From Vicugna vicugna (taxonomy: Eukaryota), in NCBI GenBank assembly GCA_013265495.1, contig MU058423.1:7177449-7241448 (forward strand): a DNA stretch of 64,000 bases, given 5' to 3'. The notes beneath the pieces were generated by a model. It saw only the letters and a program-made list of their open reading frames with translations, ran no database searches and was not told the DNA's origin. Position 1 is the first letter of the stretch, and the number at the start of each line of letters is the position of its first letter. Shown here piece by piece: positions 27,440-39,590 of the stretch. Made by a program: the position numbers and the translations under genes.

Positions 27440-27980
27440 ATTTGAGTTTTCCACTGCAATAATACTGCCTAACAGACAACTGCAAAACTTCATGGTTTAA
27501 ACATTATGCTTTTATTATCACTGTGGCTAAATGGGAGGCCTTTCTAGCATCCAGTGAGGCTGGTCTTGCTTGGGCTCACTCACGTGTCTGAAGGCTGTGG
27601 GCAAAAGAATGATCTGCTGGGGGCAAGAATGACCCTGCCTACGGTGGATTTCCTTCACATGGTTTCTTATCCTCTTGCAGATGATGCCAGGCTTCCTCAA
27701 ATGGTGAGCAAAAGCAAGAGACTGAGACATAGATACAGGCGGGGGTGGGAGTGGGGCAGAGAGAAGGTGTACACAACCATTAATTTGAGGTCAGGGTCAA
27801 AACTGCTGTGGTGTTAATCAGGCGACATCCTATTGGCCAAAGTAAGTCATAGACCAGCAGATTCACTGGGAAAAAAAAAAAAATCTCCACCTCCCAGTGG
27901 GAGGAGCTGCAAAGTCACATCACAAAGCACATGGATGTGGGGAGGCGTAGAAAATTGTGAAGACGTCTGCATTCTCCCAC
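27440..27980. mobile_element. Old MaLR LTR (MLT1H-K-like)
   Basis: gggctcactcacgtgtctg...ctattggccaaagtaagtcatagaccagc...gggaggagctgcaaagtcacat. Confidence 0.7.
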
Positions 27981-28289
27981 CCTCACTGTCAATCGCATGC
28001 TCAAAAGCTTTCAAGGATTACCTATTTCATATTCTGAGCAAATGTCTACTCTGCTCCCAATATTTCAAACCCAAAAACTGCTTCCAACCAGCCTAACATT
28101 CATTTTTTTAAAAAAATTTTTGTATTCCTACAGTTTAAACTCGTGCTCTACGCAACTTCGCGCTTGGATGCATAGTTCTCCGTATCACATACTGCTCTTT
28201 AACGAGTGTTAGTTTGCTCTAACCAACGGAAGTGTAAAATATAAATCCCCTAGAGTCTAAACGTTAGTTCTAATCATATATAAGATATA

Positions 28290-28681
28290 TCATGGGTTGA
28301 ATTGTGTCCTCCAGAAATCCATATGTTGGACTGTTAAGTTTGAATCCACCACGATATAATCTTATTTGGAGACAAGATATTTACAGAGATAATCAAGTTA
28401 AATAAAGCTATTCGGGTGCATCCCAATCTATTAATACTGATGAAAAAGAGAGATTTGAACACAGAGACAAACAAATACAGACGAAAGACAAAGTGAAGAG
28501 ACACAGAGAAAAGAAAGCCACCTACAGGCCAGTGAGAAAGGCCGGGAATAGATCTTTTCCTGATCACAAGGAACCCCAGCCCACTTTGCACTTCTATCCT
28601 CCAGACTGTGAGACAATCAATTCCTTCTACTGAACCACGCAGTTTGCGGCACTCTGTTAGACGACCTCAGCAAACTAATAT
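28290..28681. mobile_element. MaLR LTR (MLT1A/B-like)
   Basis: tgggttgaattgtgtcc...cttatttggaga...cctccagactgtgagacaat...caaactaata. Confidence 0.85.
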
Positions 28682-29391
28682 TAAGTATTAAACAAATACT
28701 TATTTTTTCTTTAATTGAATGGATGAGAGATTCACGAGTACAAACTAATAAGTCTATGTTCTTCGACAAGAGAATTTTAACTGAATTCCTAGAAACTTAA
28801 GATCCTGGATCACACACTTACAATATATAAAGCAAGCTTCTAGGGTTTCGCGATATGAAACTACTGACCCGTAAGGAAATAAAATTCTCTACCGTGTATT
28901 TTAGATCTGAGAAGAAGACGCACACTTGGAGGGAAGCAGCAAAGATGACCAACAAGTCCTGCACGCAGGGGGTAAAGTGGGCTGTTCTGCCCTGTGCAAC
29001 TATAAAATAGTGTCTGTGAACGGGAGCTCGATAATAAACTGCATGAAACTGAGAAGCAAGTATGAACGAGAGTGTATCACAGCGTAATCAATGCAGCTGA
29101 GACATTCAATGTTTACTTGTTTTCCTGGGGATCCAGTGGTGAATGAGACAGACCAACCCCCCCTCACCTTTGAGATTTTAAAGGTTGGTGTATTTTTAAA
29201 AATGAAAAATTTCCAATAACAGTAATAATAGCAAGTAATTAATTTTGCAATAGGCAAAAATCAAGGAAGCTGAGGGAGTCTACGGCAGGGGTTCCAACCT
29301 TGATGAGGAACAGGAAGGTAACTGAGTGAATGTTTAGAATGAGACCCAGAACACTATAGAAATTTTCTACCTGGAAGAGACAAAGCATGTT

Positions 29392-29816
29392 TTTTTTTTT
29401 CAGCTTTATTTATTTTTTTATTTTTTTAACATTTTTTATTGATTTATAATCATTTTACAATGTTTCAAATTCCAGTGTAGGGCACAATTTTTCAGTTATA
29501 CATGAACATATATATATTCATTGTCACATTTTTTTTCTCTGTGCACTACCATAAGATCTTGTATATATTTCCCTGTGCTATACAGTATAATCTTGTTTAT
29601 CTATTCTACAATTTTGAAATCCCAGTCTATCCCTTCCCACCCCCCTGCCCCCTTGGCAACAAACCATAAGTAAGTTTGTTTATTATGCGAGGCTGTATCT
29701 GTTTTGTAGTTTTTTTTTAAGATTCCACATATGAGTGATCTCGTATGATATTTTTCTTTCTCTTTCTGGCTTCACTTAGAATGACATTCTCCAGGAGCAT
29801 CCATGTTGCTGCAAAT
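29392..29816 (-). mobile_element. Young 5'-truncated L1 3' end
   Basis: Poly-T head, L1 3'UTR text, perfect 13-bp TSD gacaaagcatgtt (29379-29391, 29817-29829). Confidence 0.92.
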
Positions 29817-30719
29817 GACAAAGCATGTTAAGTAAAGATAATGATTACATCAAGAATCTGGGCTAAAAAAAAATCTTGGAAGTCAGAAACACTGAGTATT
29901 ATTCTTTTTCTTTTAGAATGTGGCTTAAAAGAGTTTTTATTTTTCTGCTTTCTTTCACCACATCAACCTGTTCTCTGGTGTCGTTCTGAAACTTTCTGCG
30001 AAACAGTCTTCAGCTCCCGCAGGCTGCTGCCCGACCTGGCCTGATACATGAGAAACAAGGAATAAAACAGCGTGCTGCGGAGACTTGCTTAAGCTTCCGC
30101 GGTGAAGAGCAACCCAGGTCTGACCACCAAAATTGAAAACCCAAAGCAGTATATCCAGGATAAACGATACCAAAAATAGAAACCAGCAATCATCAAGAGG
30201 ACGGTGTAAAGCACCTGCTGATGATCCAGTCTCGCCGCCCAGGTCAGGCGAAAGGAGAAAATCCAATATTGTTCGATGAAGTAAGTAAAGTACTGAGGAA
30301 AATGAAGTCCCGGTGCCTAAGAGAACATGGTGTTGGTGTCTGCAGAGTCTGCCTGACAGAGGCCCTCTGCTGCTGCAGGGCTGGCTGCTGAGCGGTGCAC
30401 CAGCCTGTGGCATCATGAACTGTTCAGTTTAGACAGACTCACCCCCAGGACTGCGTGGCCTGGGCAGTTATCCTGTGTTCTGTTCTTAGGGGGAGACTTG
30501 CTCGACTGCCAGCAGTCAGCTGGGCAGTGGTTCTCTGAGCCAGGGGGAGCTGTTTGCCAGACGGAGTTGAAAAAAGACAGAAGACATGATTCCACCATAA
30601 GCAAGCCTTAAATTGGCCTGATACCCAAAGCCGTCAAGAGGATATCAACATAAGCCACCTGCAGAACTGTTTGCATAATAAGCCCTGGCACTCCGGAGAG
30701 AAATCATTAAAGATATTGA

Positions 30720-31038
30720 GGTAGAAATCCTCAACTGGGGACCGAAGGGCCAAATGGAGCTCTCATATCGATGCTGTGTGGCCTGAAGAATGCTGGCTCG
30801 CATACATCATCTTTAAATCTTTTAAATTAGTTGCTAACCTTTAAAAACTGGAATTTCTGGCTTCTCTTGAAAATTTGGAGGATCTAACAAAAGGTGAGTG
30901 AGTGCACACTGCATCTTTTCACCGGGAGCGTGCGTTCTGTCATTTGCTGAGCCCCCAGCACTCCCCTCCTCTTCTGTTTATATCTCACTTGCTTCATGTG
31001 GGTTGGCCCTTCTAGGTGTTTAAATCCTAAACCCAGGA
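30720..31038. mobile_element. MER102-like hAT-Charlie DNA transposon relic
   Basis: aattagttgctaacctttaaaaa...atttctggcttctcttgaaaatttggaggatct. Confidence 0.7.
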
Positions 31039-31335
31039 TTAAGATCTTGAACAAGAAGAGGCAAAGGAAGATGGAGATTAGGAAATAATCCTAATTATTA
31101 ATCAGAGAGGGAATTCATTGTCCAGAAAAAAGCAAGGGACCAAAAGAGTTATATTAATAAATTCAGAGATAATTGGGAAGATCATCCAGATATCAAGGAA
31201 GGGGGGGTCAGATCTCATGAGAGATAAGAGACGAAGCAAGGAGAGAAAACAGGTATATTATGGGATGGTTTACACTTTTTTAATCAGAATAGTGAAGGCC
31301 ACCCTGAAAAATGCAAAGTAAAAAGTTTTTCTGTC

Positions 31336-31692
31336 TGTGTTAGTTTGTTCCAGCTGCCATAACAAATTACCCTAGACTTTGAGGCTTAAACAACTAAAAT
31401 TTATTTTTTCGAAGTCCTGGAGGCAAGATACCACTATGGTTGGTTTCTGGTGAGGGACCTCTTTCTGCCTTGCTACCTTCTCACTGTGCCCTCACGTGGT
31501 AAAGAGAGAAAAAGAACAAGATTTCTGGGGTCTCTTCTTATAAAGGCACCAGTCCAATCACAAAGGTCCTAGTTTCATGACCTCAACTCTCCTTATTTAC
31601 CTCCAAAAGACCCCATCTCCAACTACATGTTGGTGATTAGGACTTCAACATATGAATTTAGAGCAGAGGAACAAATGTTCAGTCCATTACAG
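31336..31692. mobile_element. MaLR LTR (MLT1A0-like)
   Basis: tgtgttagtttgttccagctgccataacaaattacc...ggacttcaacatatgaattt...cagtccattaca. Confidence 0.85.
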
Positions 31693-31769
31693 TCTCCAAC
31701 AAAGATACCCTGTACAAAGCTACCCTCTCCAGCCTGGTCCCTCGTGATGCTGGCATCGTAATGAAAACT

Positions 31770-32166
31770 GCAGTAACAGGGCTCTCCAGGGAAATAGAAC
31801 CAGTGGGAAGAGAACCAGGAGAACCAATGCTGTAAATTCTTGTCCCAAAAGTTTGAGAATCAGAAGTTTGGATGGTAAGTCTTAGCCCAAGGCCAGGAGA
31901 AGACTGATGTTTCAGCTCATGCGAAGCAAAAGTCAGCAGAGGGAAAGAGTTCTTTTTCCTCCACTTTTTGTTCTATGAAGTCCCACAAAAGATTGAATGA
32001 TGTCTACCCACGTTGGGGAGGACAATTTGCTTTACTGTGTCTAGCACCAGTTCAAATACTAGTCTCTTCCAGAAACAGCCTCACAGACACACCCAGAAAT
32101 AATGCTTAAACAGATAGCTGGGCACCTGTAATCTGATCAAGTTAACACACAAAATTAACCATCACA
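31770..32166. mobile_element. MLT2-like ERVL LTR
   Basis: cagggctctccagggaaatagaacc...cctcacagacacacccagaaataatg...aaaattaaccatcaca. Confidence 0.85.
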
Positions 32167-33559
32167 AAAACATGTAGTGAATGAAGTGACTGGTAAATTG
32201 AGATCAGATCCTCCCTGGTTTACTTAGCTGTACATTAAACATTTAAGGAAGACTTTGGGAAGAGTCTGTGCCTGAGACAATGAGCAACATCTTGAAGGGA
32301 AAAAACGTGACTTTCCTGCACGAAGGTTAACCTGAGTCTGTACTTCAGAGGGTTTTGAGATTCTGCTAAATGGTTGTTACTCCTTCAGATTCAGATAGAG
32401 TCAGTGTAAAGTTAAAAAAAAGAAAGTTACTGCTGTTTATAAAGCAACCTCAGAATTCTGGAACTCTGGGTTCCTGTGTAAGAATTAGGAGCAACCTAGA
32501 TACAAGTGCTTGGACTACTCTCTCCGTCCTGGAGGGCTGACCTCTCTAAGGAGAAAAGAGCCAAGCAGCAGCATGATACATAAACTGAGCTTCCCTGGAA
32601 CCAGAGAAGGATGCTGTACTGTGTGACACTGAGCAGTCTGCACCAGATGGGAACTGTGCTTTACACAGCTACCTGCGCTTAAGGTCCGAAAGATGTGTTG
32701 CACTCGGTTCACTATATTTTTATTTTATTTTATGTTTTTATGTCGTCAGTTAAAATTTGTTTAGGAAGTTAAACAGCAAAGTCATCTAAAACTCCTCTTA
32801 AAACACAGAGTGATTTGTGCTGCTGGGAAGACAGAGTAGATTTAATTTCTTCTACTGCTCCCACTAAGTACAACTGAAAAACCCTGTACATGTTATATAA
32901 ATCGAATATAAGGAGATTCTGAAAGGCCAAAAGAAGAAAGGGGATCATCTAGGGGGTGGGCAGCTTATTACAGGGATGGTAGTGAGAATTCAGTCTCCCC
33001 TCCCCATAATCTCCACAAAACAGTGACCTCATTACTGCAGGGCGATGGTGAAAGTCTTCACTTTCAACTCGACCTCTTCTGACACCACCCCAGTGGAGCG
33101 TAGAGAGAGATGGTTGCCTCTTGACTGTCAGTTGGGAATGGAAATTCAGGCTTCCCATGATTTTCCATTGACAACACAAGGGAAATAGAGGAGGTGGTGA
33201 AGGGAAGGGCTCATTACCAACCAGTAGAGACAGAAGTTCCAGGTCCCTACTTGGCCTTTTCTGACATCAGTCTAGTGGGAATATTAGGGAGCCTTGTTAC
33301 AGCCCCATAAGGATGAAATTTCATGTTCCTTACTTAGTTTTTCCTGGTGTCAAGGAAATATAGGACCACAAGGTTTTAGTTACAGTAGAGCAGTTATTAT
33401 CTCAAAGTTTTCTACTTTGCTAGATCTCCCCTTTTATAGTCCTTTGGATAGAGAAAGCAGGGTTTTCTTGGTGGGGGGGGCGTTGTTTAAAGTCTACATC
33501 TGTTAAATTCCAACTTCAACTCCAAGTCTGCTATACCTGAGATTAAAAGAAAACCTAGT

Positions 33560-33760
33560 TGTACTGAGTTGAATATTAGCCCATATAAATCCATTTCAAT
33601 GTAGAACCTCAATGTAGAATATTCCCTTATTTTGTAATAGGTCTTTGTAGATATAATCAAGTCAAGATGAGTTCAGACTGGATTAAGATGGACTTTAATC
33701 CAATATGACTTGTGTCCTACAACAAGAGGAGAGCCCACACAGATACAGGGAGACACAGAT
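33560..33760. mobile_element. MLT1 LTR fragment
   Basis: tgtactgagttgaat...aataggtctttgtagatataatcaagtcaagatgag...aatccaatatgact. Confidence 0.7.
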
Positions 33761-35720
33761 TAGAAAGGAAGGAACAAAACTGGCCATCTTTACAGGTAAA
33801 GTAATTACCTGTGTAGAAATTCCAAAAGAATCTCCAAAAATAAAAGCCCTAGAACTAATAAATGAGTTCAGTAAAGTTGAAAGACACAAGACTAACATAC
33901 GGAAATCAACAATACTCCTGTATACTAGCAGTGAATACTGGAATTAAAAATAAAATACCATTTAACATTGCTTTAAAAAATGAAATTCTTAGATGTGTAA
34001 TTCTAACAAAACATGTACAGGATTTGTAAGCCCAAATTACAAAACACTGATGAAATAAATCAAAGAAAATCTAAACAAATGGAGAGACATACTGTGTTTT
34101 GAATTGAAGCATTAGTGTAGCAAACTTGCCAAACGTCCCTAAACTGATATATAGGTTTAATTCAACTACTGTCAGAATGCAAGCAAGACACATTGCAGTT
34201 ATGCACAAGACAATCCTAAAATTTATATTGAAAATCAAAGCAACTAGAATAGTTACAACAATTTTTAAAAAGAAGAATAAAGTAGAAGAATTGGTCTATC
34301 TGGTTATAAGGCTTACTGTGTAGCCATAGCAATCAACACTCCATGGTATTGGCAAAAGAACAGATAAACAGATCAATGGAAAAGAATAGAGAACCCAGAA
34401 ATAGACACAAATATGTCCAATTGATTTTTGACAGAACTGCAAAAGTAATTCAATGGAAGATAGAGTCTTTTCAACATATAATGACAAAGCCATTGGAAAT
34501 TCATAAGCAAAAAATGAATCTCACATCTTAAACAAAAGTAACTCAAGAAGGATTGTGGACTAAAATATACATTGTACAACTTCTAGGAAAAAAGAGATAG
34601 AAGGAAATTTTGAGATCTAGGGCTAATGAGTTCTTAGAGATGACACCAAAGCAGCACAAACCATAGCAAAGGAAAAATTAAACAACTGAGCTTGAAAAGA
34701 ATTGCATACCTTTGTTCTGTGAAGGGGGTGAAAAGACAAGACACAGAGTGGGAGAAAAAATATTCCAAGCCATATGTTTAACAAGGACTAGTGTCTAGAA
34801 TACATAAAGTGCTCTCAAACCTCAACAAAAATAAACACTCCAATTAGAAAATTGTCAAAAGAAAGGAAAAGACAACTCACCAGGGAGGATACAAAGCTGA
34901 AAGTGTGCACTTGAAAATATGTTCAGACATCATTAGCCATTGGTGAAATGTAAATTAAAACCACAATGAGATAGCCCTACACATCTACTGAAATGACAAA
35001 AAATGTGACAACACCAAATGCTGTCAAGGATTCAGATTAGCTGGATGACTCATGCATTGCTAATGTGAATGAAAAAAATGTTACATTCTGGAAAAGTTAG
35101 ACAGCTTCTTAAAAAATAATAATAAGCATTCCACTACCACACAATCCAGCAACTGCACTCAGCATTTACATCAGAGAAATTCAGACCAATGTCACACAAA
35201 AACCTGTCAGTAAATGTTTATAGCAGCTTTTTCCATAGCATGCAAAAACTGGAAACAACCCAGATTTCCAGTGGGTGAAGGTCCATCCACATGGTGAAAC
35301 ACTGTTCAACCATAAAAGAAACAAACTATGGGTATACACAACAGAGAATTACGCTGAGTGGAAAAAAGCTAACCCAAAGGTCACATACTGTACAGTTGTG
35401 TTTATGTAGTAGCTTTGAAATGACAAAATTACAGAAATGGAAAACAAATTGGTAATTGCCAGGGGGTAAAGGCGGGAGTGGGTACGTATGTGGGGGAAGT
35501 GGATGTAGGTATGAAAGTTCATCACGAGGGATCCTTGTGATGAGGGAAATGTTCTGTATCTAGTTTGCTTCAATGTCAATATACCGATTGTGATAATGTA
35601 CCATATTTTTACAAGACCTTACCATTGACAAAAACTCTGAAAGTATACACTGGTTTTCACTGTATTATTTCTTATTACGGCACGTGAATTTACAGTGATC
35701 TCAGAATAAAGTTAAATTCA
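33760..35720 (+). mobile_element. Degenerate L1 (ORF2 3' half and 3'UTR; L1MB/MC/MD-age)
   Basis: ORF fragments ALELINEFSKV, PKLIYRFN, YVQLIFDRTAKVIQW match the L1 ORF2p C-terminal region. Many stops and frameshifts. Confidence 0.9.
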
Positions 35721-37419
35721 AATTTGAAATATGCCATATAAAACAGAATAATACAAAAAAATGGATACCTATGGACCCATATCCAGATTAAATACATGTG
35801 ATCACTTCATAAAATAGAAAAATATGAAGCTATAGGTAACTGCAAAATGCATGCCCCCTCCACCCATTCCACACCCTTCCTCAGTTGATCATCTGTCCCA
35901 TGTTTGTACGTATACATTTACCTACAAATAAAGGCAACTACAAACCGTATATAATATTGTTTATTTGATCAGCTTCGAGGAGGTGCAACACACATACAAT
36001 AAAATACTTGTTTTAAATAAGAAGTTTGATGAGCAAATAAGCCCATGTAACCACCAACCCAATCAAGGCATGAAACCCATCTATCATCCCCCAAAATGCT
36101 TTCACCACCTTTACAACCCATCCCCTCCAGTCCTGGCCCCACAGAAACATGTGTGATATTTTTAAGTATTGTGACTATTTACATGCATTTACCATACAAT
36201 ATATTAGTATATGTTTTTGTAACTCACTTTAAAAACTCCCTTCTTCCATATCAGCTGTTGCTCAATCTCTCTCTCTTTTTTTTCCCCTTCTCATTTTCTA
36301 ATTCAAAATGTCTGTGTACTTTTGAATTCCTGCAGAGCTCACTGACCTTGGAAGGAGAAACTCCCCTCACCCTGGAGAAATTTTAATGAAAGAGTTTTCA
36401 TTAAAGATACAGAAATATATATCTCCAGGAAAGAAGAAACAGCTCACAAATTGAGGTACCAGGACAGAGGGCCCTTCTGCAAGATTTTGTCTAAAGGCCT
36501 GAAGCTTGATGCCTGAGATGAAAGGTTTTAGACAGCATTTTATCAAGTTTATGGTCAAAATATTGGAATAATTAGAACAGACCAAGGAGTCCCATTTGCA
36601 CCGTCCACCACTGAGGCGTCTGTGCCCAGGCCATTCTGGCAGTGGGCAGGAAAGTGAAGCAGCTAGTGTACTTAGAGTGAAATGTGTGATAAGCCCACGG
36701 GGAATTCTCTGAGGGTAGGAAGAAAGGAGGCCTCCTCTTGCTCAGTCATTAATCGGCAAAATGACTGCGAATCTTATGGGGGTTACAGAGACTGGGAGCA
36801 GATGCCCTACATCACCACAACCAAGTCCGTAATTCAGGCATTAGATGAGAGATACATTAGTAAAGAGGGTACAGATCTTAAAGTAAACCTCTCTGGCACG
36901 TGACCTGGGTCCTGCTTACAATACTCAATTGAGAAATTCACTGTGGTTAGAGAGACAAAGGGAATGGAAGGGAAATCATGAAAACAAATGTCACTCCTTC
37001 AAGTAGTTCCACCTTGAAGATAAAAGAAATCACTGGAAAAGATTAGATCCCTAGGGCCAGACCAACGGGAAGCAGGTAGATAACAAACATTTCCAGCGTA
37101 AGAGGGTTTGCCATTGCAAATGGTTTTGTCTTCAATATACTCCCATGAGAAAGTAGCCAAGGGAAAGACTGGCCTTAAGTTTGAAAAGTGAAAACTCTTC
37201 TAAAATAGCCTGGCTAAATCCATTTCTTTGCAGACCAAGCCTTGGACTTCTTTGTGAAAATTCAGTGTGATCAAATGGGTCAAAATTTAGGTTTAGAAAT
37301 TTCAGAGTGTACTAAGTTGGAATACAACCTTCCTACTGGTACAATTAGAAGCAAACACATATTTTTAATTCATCCTGGATATGACCCATTCAAGAGGTAT
37401 TGATGGAATATTAGAAAAG

Positions 37420-38032
37420 TGTGGTAGAGGGAATCCTAAGGTGGCTTCATGAGCCCCATTTTCTGCTGTTAAGCCTGTATACATTCTCACCCCCTTGAGT
37501 GTGGGCAGGGCATCTGCTTTGCTTGTAGGAAGGAGAATACAGCAAAAGTGATGAGATATCATGCCATTGGTTAGGTTACTTCATATGACAAAAGTGCCAT
37601 CTCCCATATTTACATTATGTTACATGAAATTCCATCTTGGCAGATTGGTGAACCAGAAATTCTCCTGCTGGGCTTGAAGAAGCAAACAGTTATTTGTCAG
37701 CTGTCTATGAAGAGGGCCACATGGCATTAAATGCTGTGGCCTCAGGGGACTGAAGGTAGACTCCAGCCAACAGCCAATAAGAAGCTGGACTTTCAGTCAC
37801 ACAGTCACGTGGAAATAAATTCTTCCAACTGATGAGTTTGGAAGTAGATTCTTCCTCCCATCAGGCCTCCAGGAGAGAATGCAGTCTACCTGCCACCATG
37901 ATGGCAGCATGTAGGGCACTGGGCAGAACACCCAGTCGAGCTGTGCCTACACTCTTGACCCCCTGAAATTATGAGACAGTGACTGTGCATAGTTTTATCT
38001 TGTTGTTTGTATTTGATTACTATGCAGCAGTA
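37420..38032. mobile_element. MaLR LTR (MLT1E/F/G-like)
   Basis: tgtggtag...cccttgagtgtgggcagg...gagggccacatggc...acagccaataagaagctg...tatgcagca. Confidence 0.8.
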
Positions 38033-38819
38033 TTTCTAGGATCAGCCGTAACTGCTGAGAATTCAGAATGGTATCAGTCTAGAAAAAATTAAATTAAAGT
38101 ATTATTATAAAATGGATTATTTTAATCAGTGTTTCCTTTTTTGGCATAAAATTGATTAGTGAAAGTTGTTTTTTGTGGACTGGGTAGAGACTGGTTAGAG
38201 AGGAGTAAGAGAGTGTATTCACATGTCAATATAATCTGAAAAGTAGTTATCAAGTAGTTCTTCCTCAGAGCCAAACGTTTTGAAATACTTTCATTAGACT
38301 CTTTATCAAGAGACCACAATTTCTGGGAATTCTGAACTGAAAATAGGTCTTGACAGACTGCCTTCCACTTTTTCTAACAGAAGGATATTTTTGCAGAGTT
38401 ACCATTGAAATTGGCTATATTTTCTGTTTGAGAAACTATATGTATGTAAATGTTTTAGTAAAAGATGATGGAGATATATTACACAACTGAGAAAATTGTA
38501 GGACATAAAAATGAGTAGATAAAAACAATTTTGGTGGACAAGGTTGTTTTCTTATAACTTTAATCTTTTATGAGTGAATATAAGTTTTTATCTATATGGT
38601 AGCTATTCAATTACAATAAATGCAAAATTGAAGGTACCAACCGGTTATATTTTACTTTATTTGAATATTTTAAAATTTACAGTAAATCCTGCTTTGGCTA
38701 TAATTTTATGAACTTTCTGTGTTTGTTTTTTGTGAAAATGCAATAATGTGATTTATAAGAAAAATATATATTTGGTTATTGAGATGACCAAAATGTATTT
38801 CTAATGCGTATTTGAAAGT

Positions 38820-39590
38820 TGTCCAAATTTTTGGTCTTTGTCCTGACTCAGCTTCTCAAATACTTGGAATTCCTTTAGTGTTGATAAAGGTATCTCTTTT
38901 CATGTTAACGAGGTGACTTTTAGAAATTACCTAAGGAAAGGGGCCAGGGAACCAACCATGTGATCAGAGGGCTGGAACTATCAGTCCCACCTTTGACCTC
39001 CATCCAGGGGAGGGAGAGGGCCTGAAGGTTGAAAACTTGTCAATGGCAGTGATTCAGTCAACCATGCCTCTATAATAAAGCCTCCATAGAAACCCAGCAT
39101 TGGATTTGGAGAGGCTCCAGGCTGGTGAGCATGAGCAGATGCCGGAGAGCAGCAGGCCTGGAAAGGCCGTGGGAGCTCTGCGCCCTCTCCTGTACCTTGT
39201 GCTATCCATCTCTTCTGTCTGTCTGTCTGTTCCTGGGTTACATCCTTTTAAAAGAAACCAGGAATCTAATGAGTAAGTAGAATAGGTTTTCCTGAGTTCT
39301 GTGAACCACTCTAGCAAATTATTAAATCCAAGGAGGGGGTGGTTGTGACCTCTGATTTAGAGCCAATTGGTTGGAAGTACAGGTAACAACCTGGTGGGGG
39401 GTATGGTCTTGTGGACTGAGCCTTCAGCCCGTGGAATCTCATGCTATTTCCAGGTAAACAGTGTCAGAGTTGAGCTGACTTATAAGAAACCCAGCTGGTG
39501 TCAAAGCATTGCTTGTTGGAGACGTGGCGAACCTCCTTCCTCCCCCCCACCCCCACACACGCTTTGGAAATGGGTCCAGGAACCTAATTT
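38820..39590 (+). mobile_element. MER21-like LTR
   Basis: ttggtctttgtcc...ggaaccaaccatgtgatcagagggctggaact...tcctgagttctgtgaaccactctagcaaatt...cccagctggtgtc. Confidence 0.8.

Noticed and set aside
29955..30416. 153-aa minus-strand ORF
   Set aside because: No homology or splice context I can recognise. The length is explained by local GC richness.
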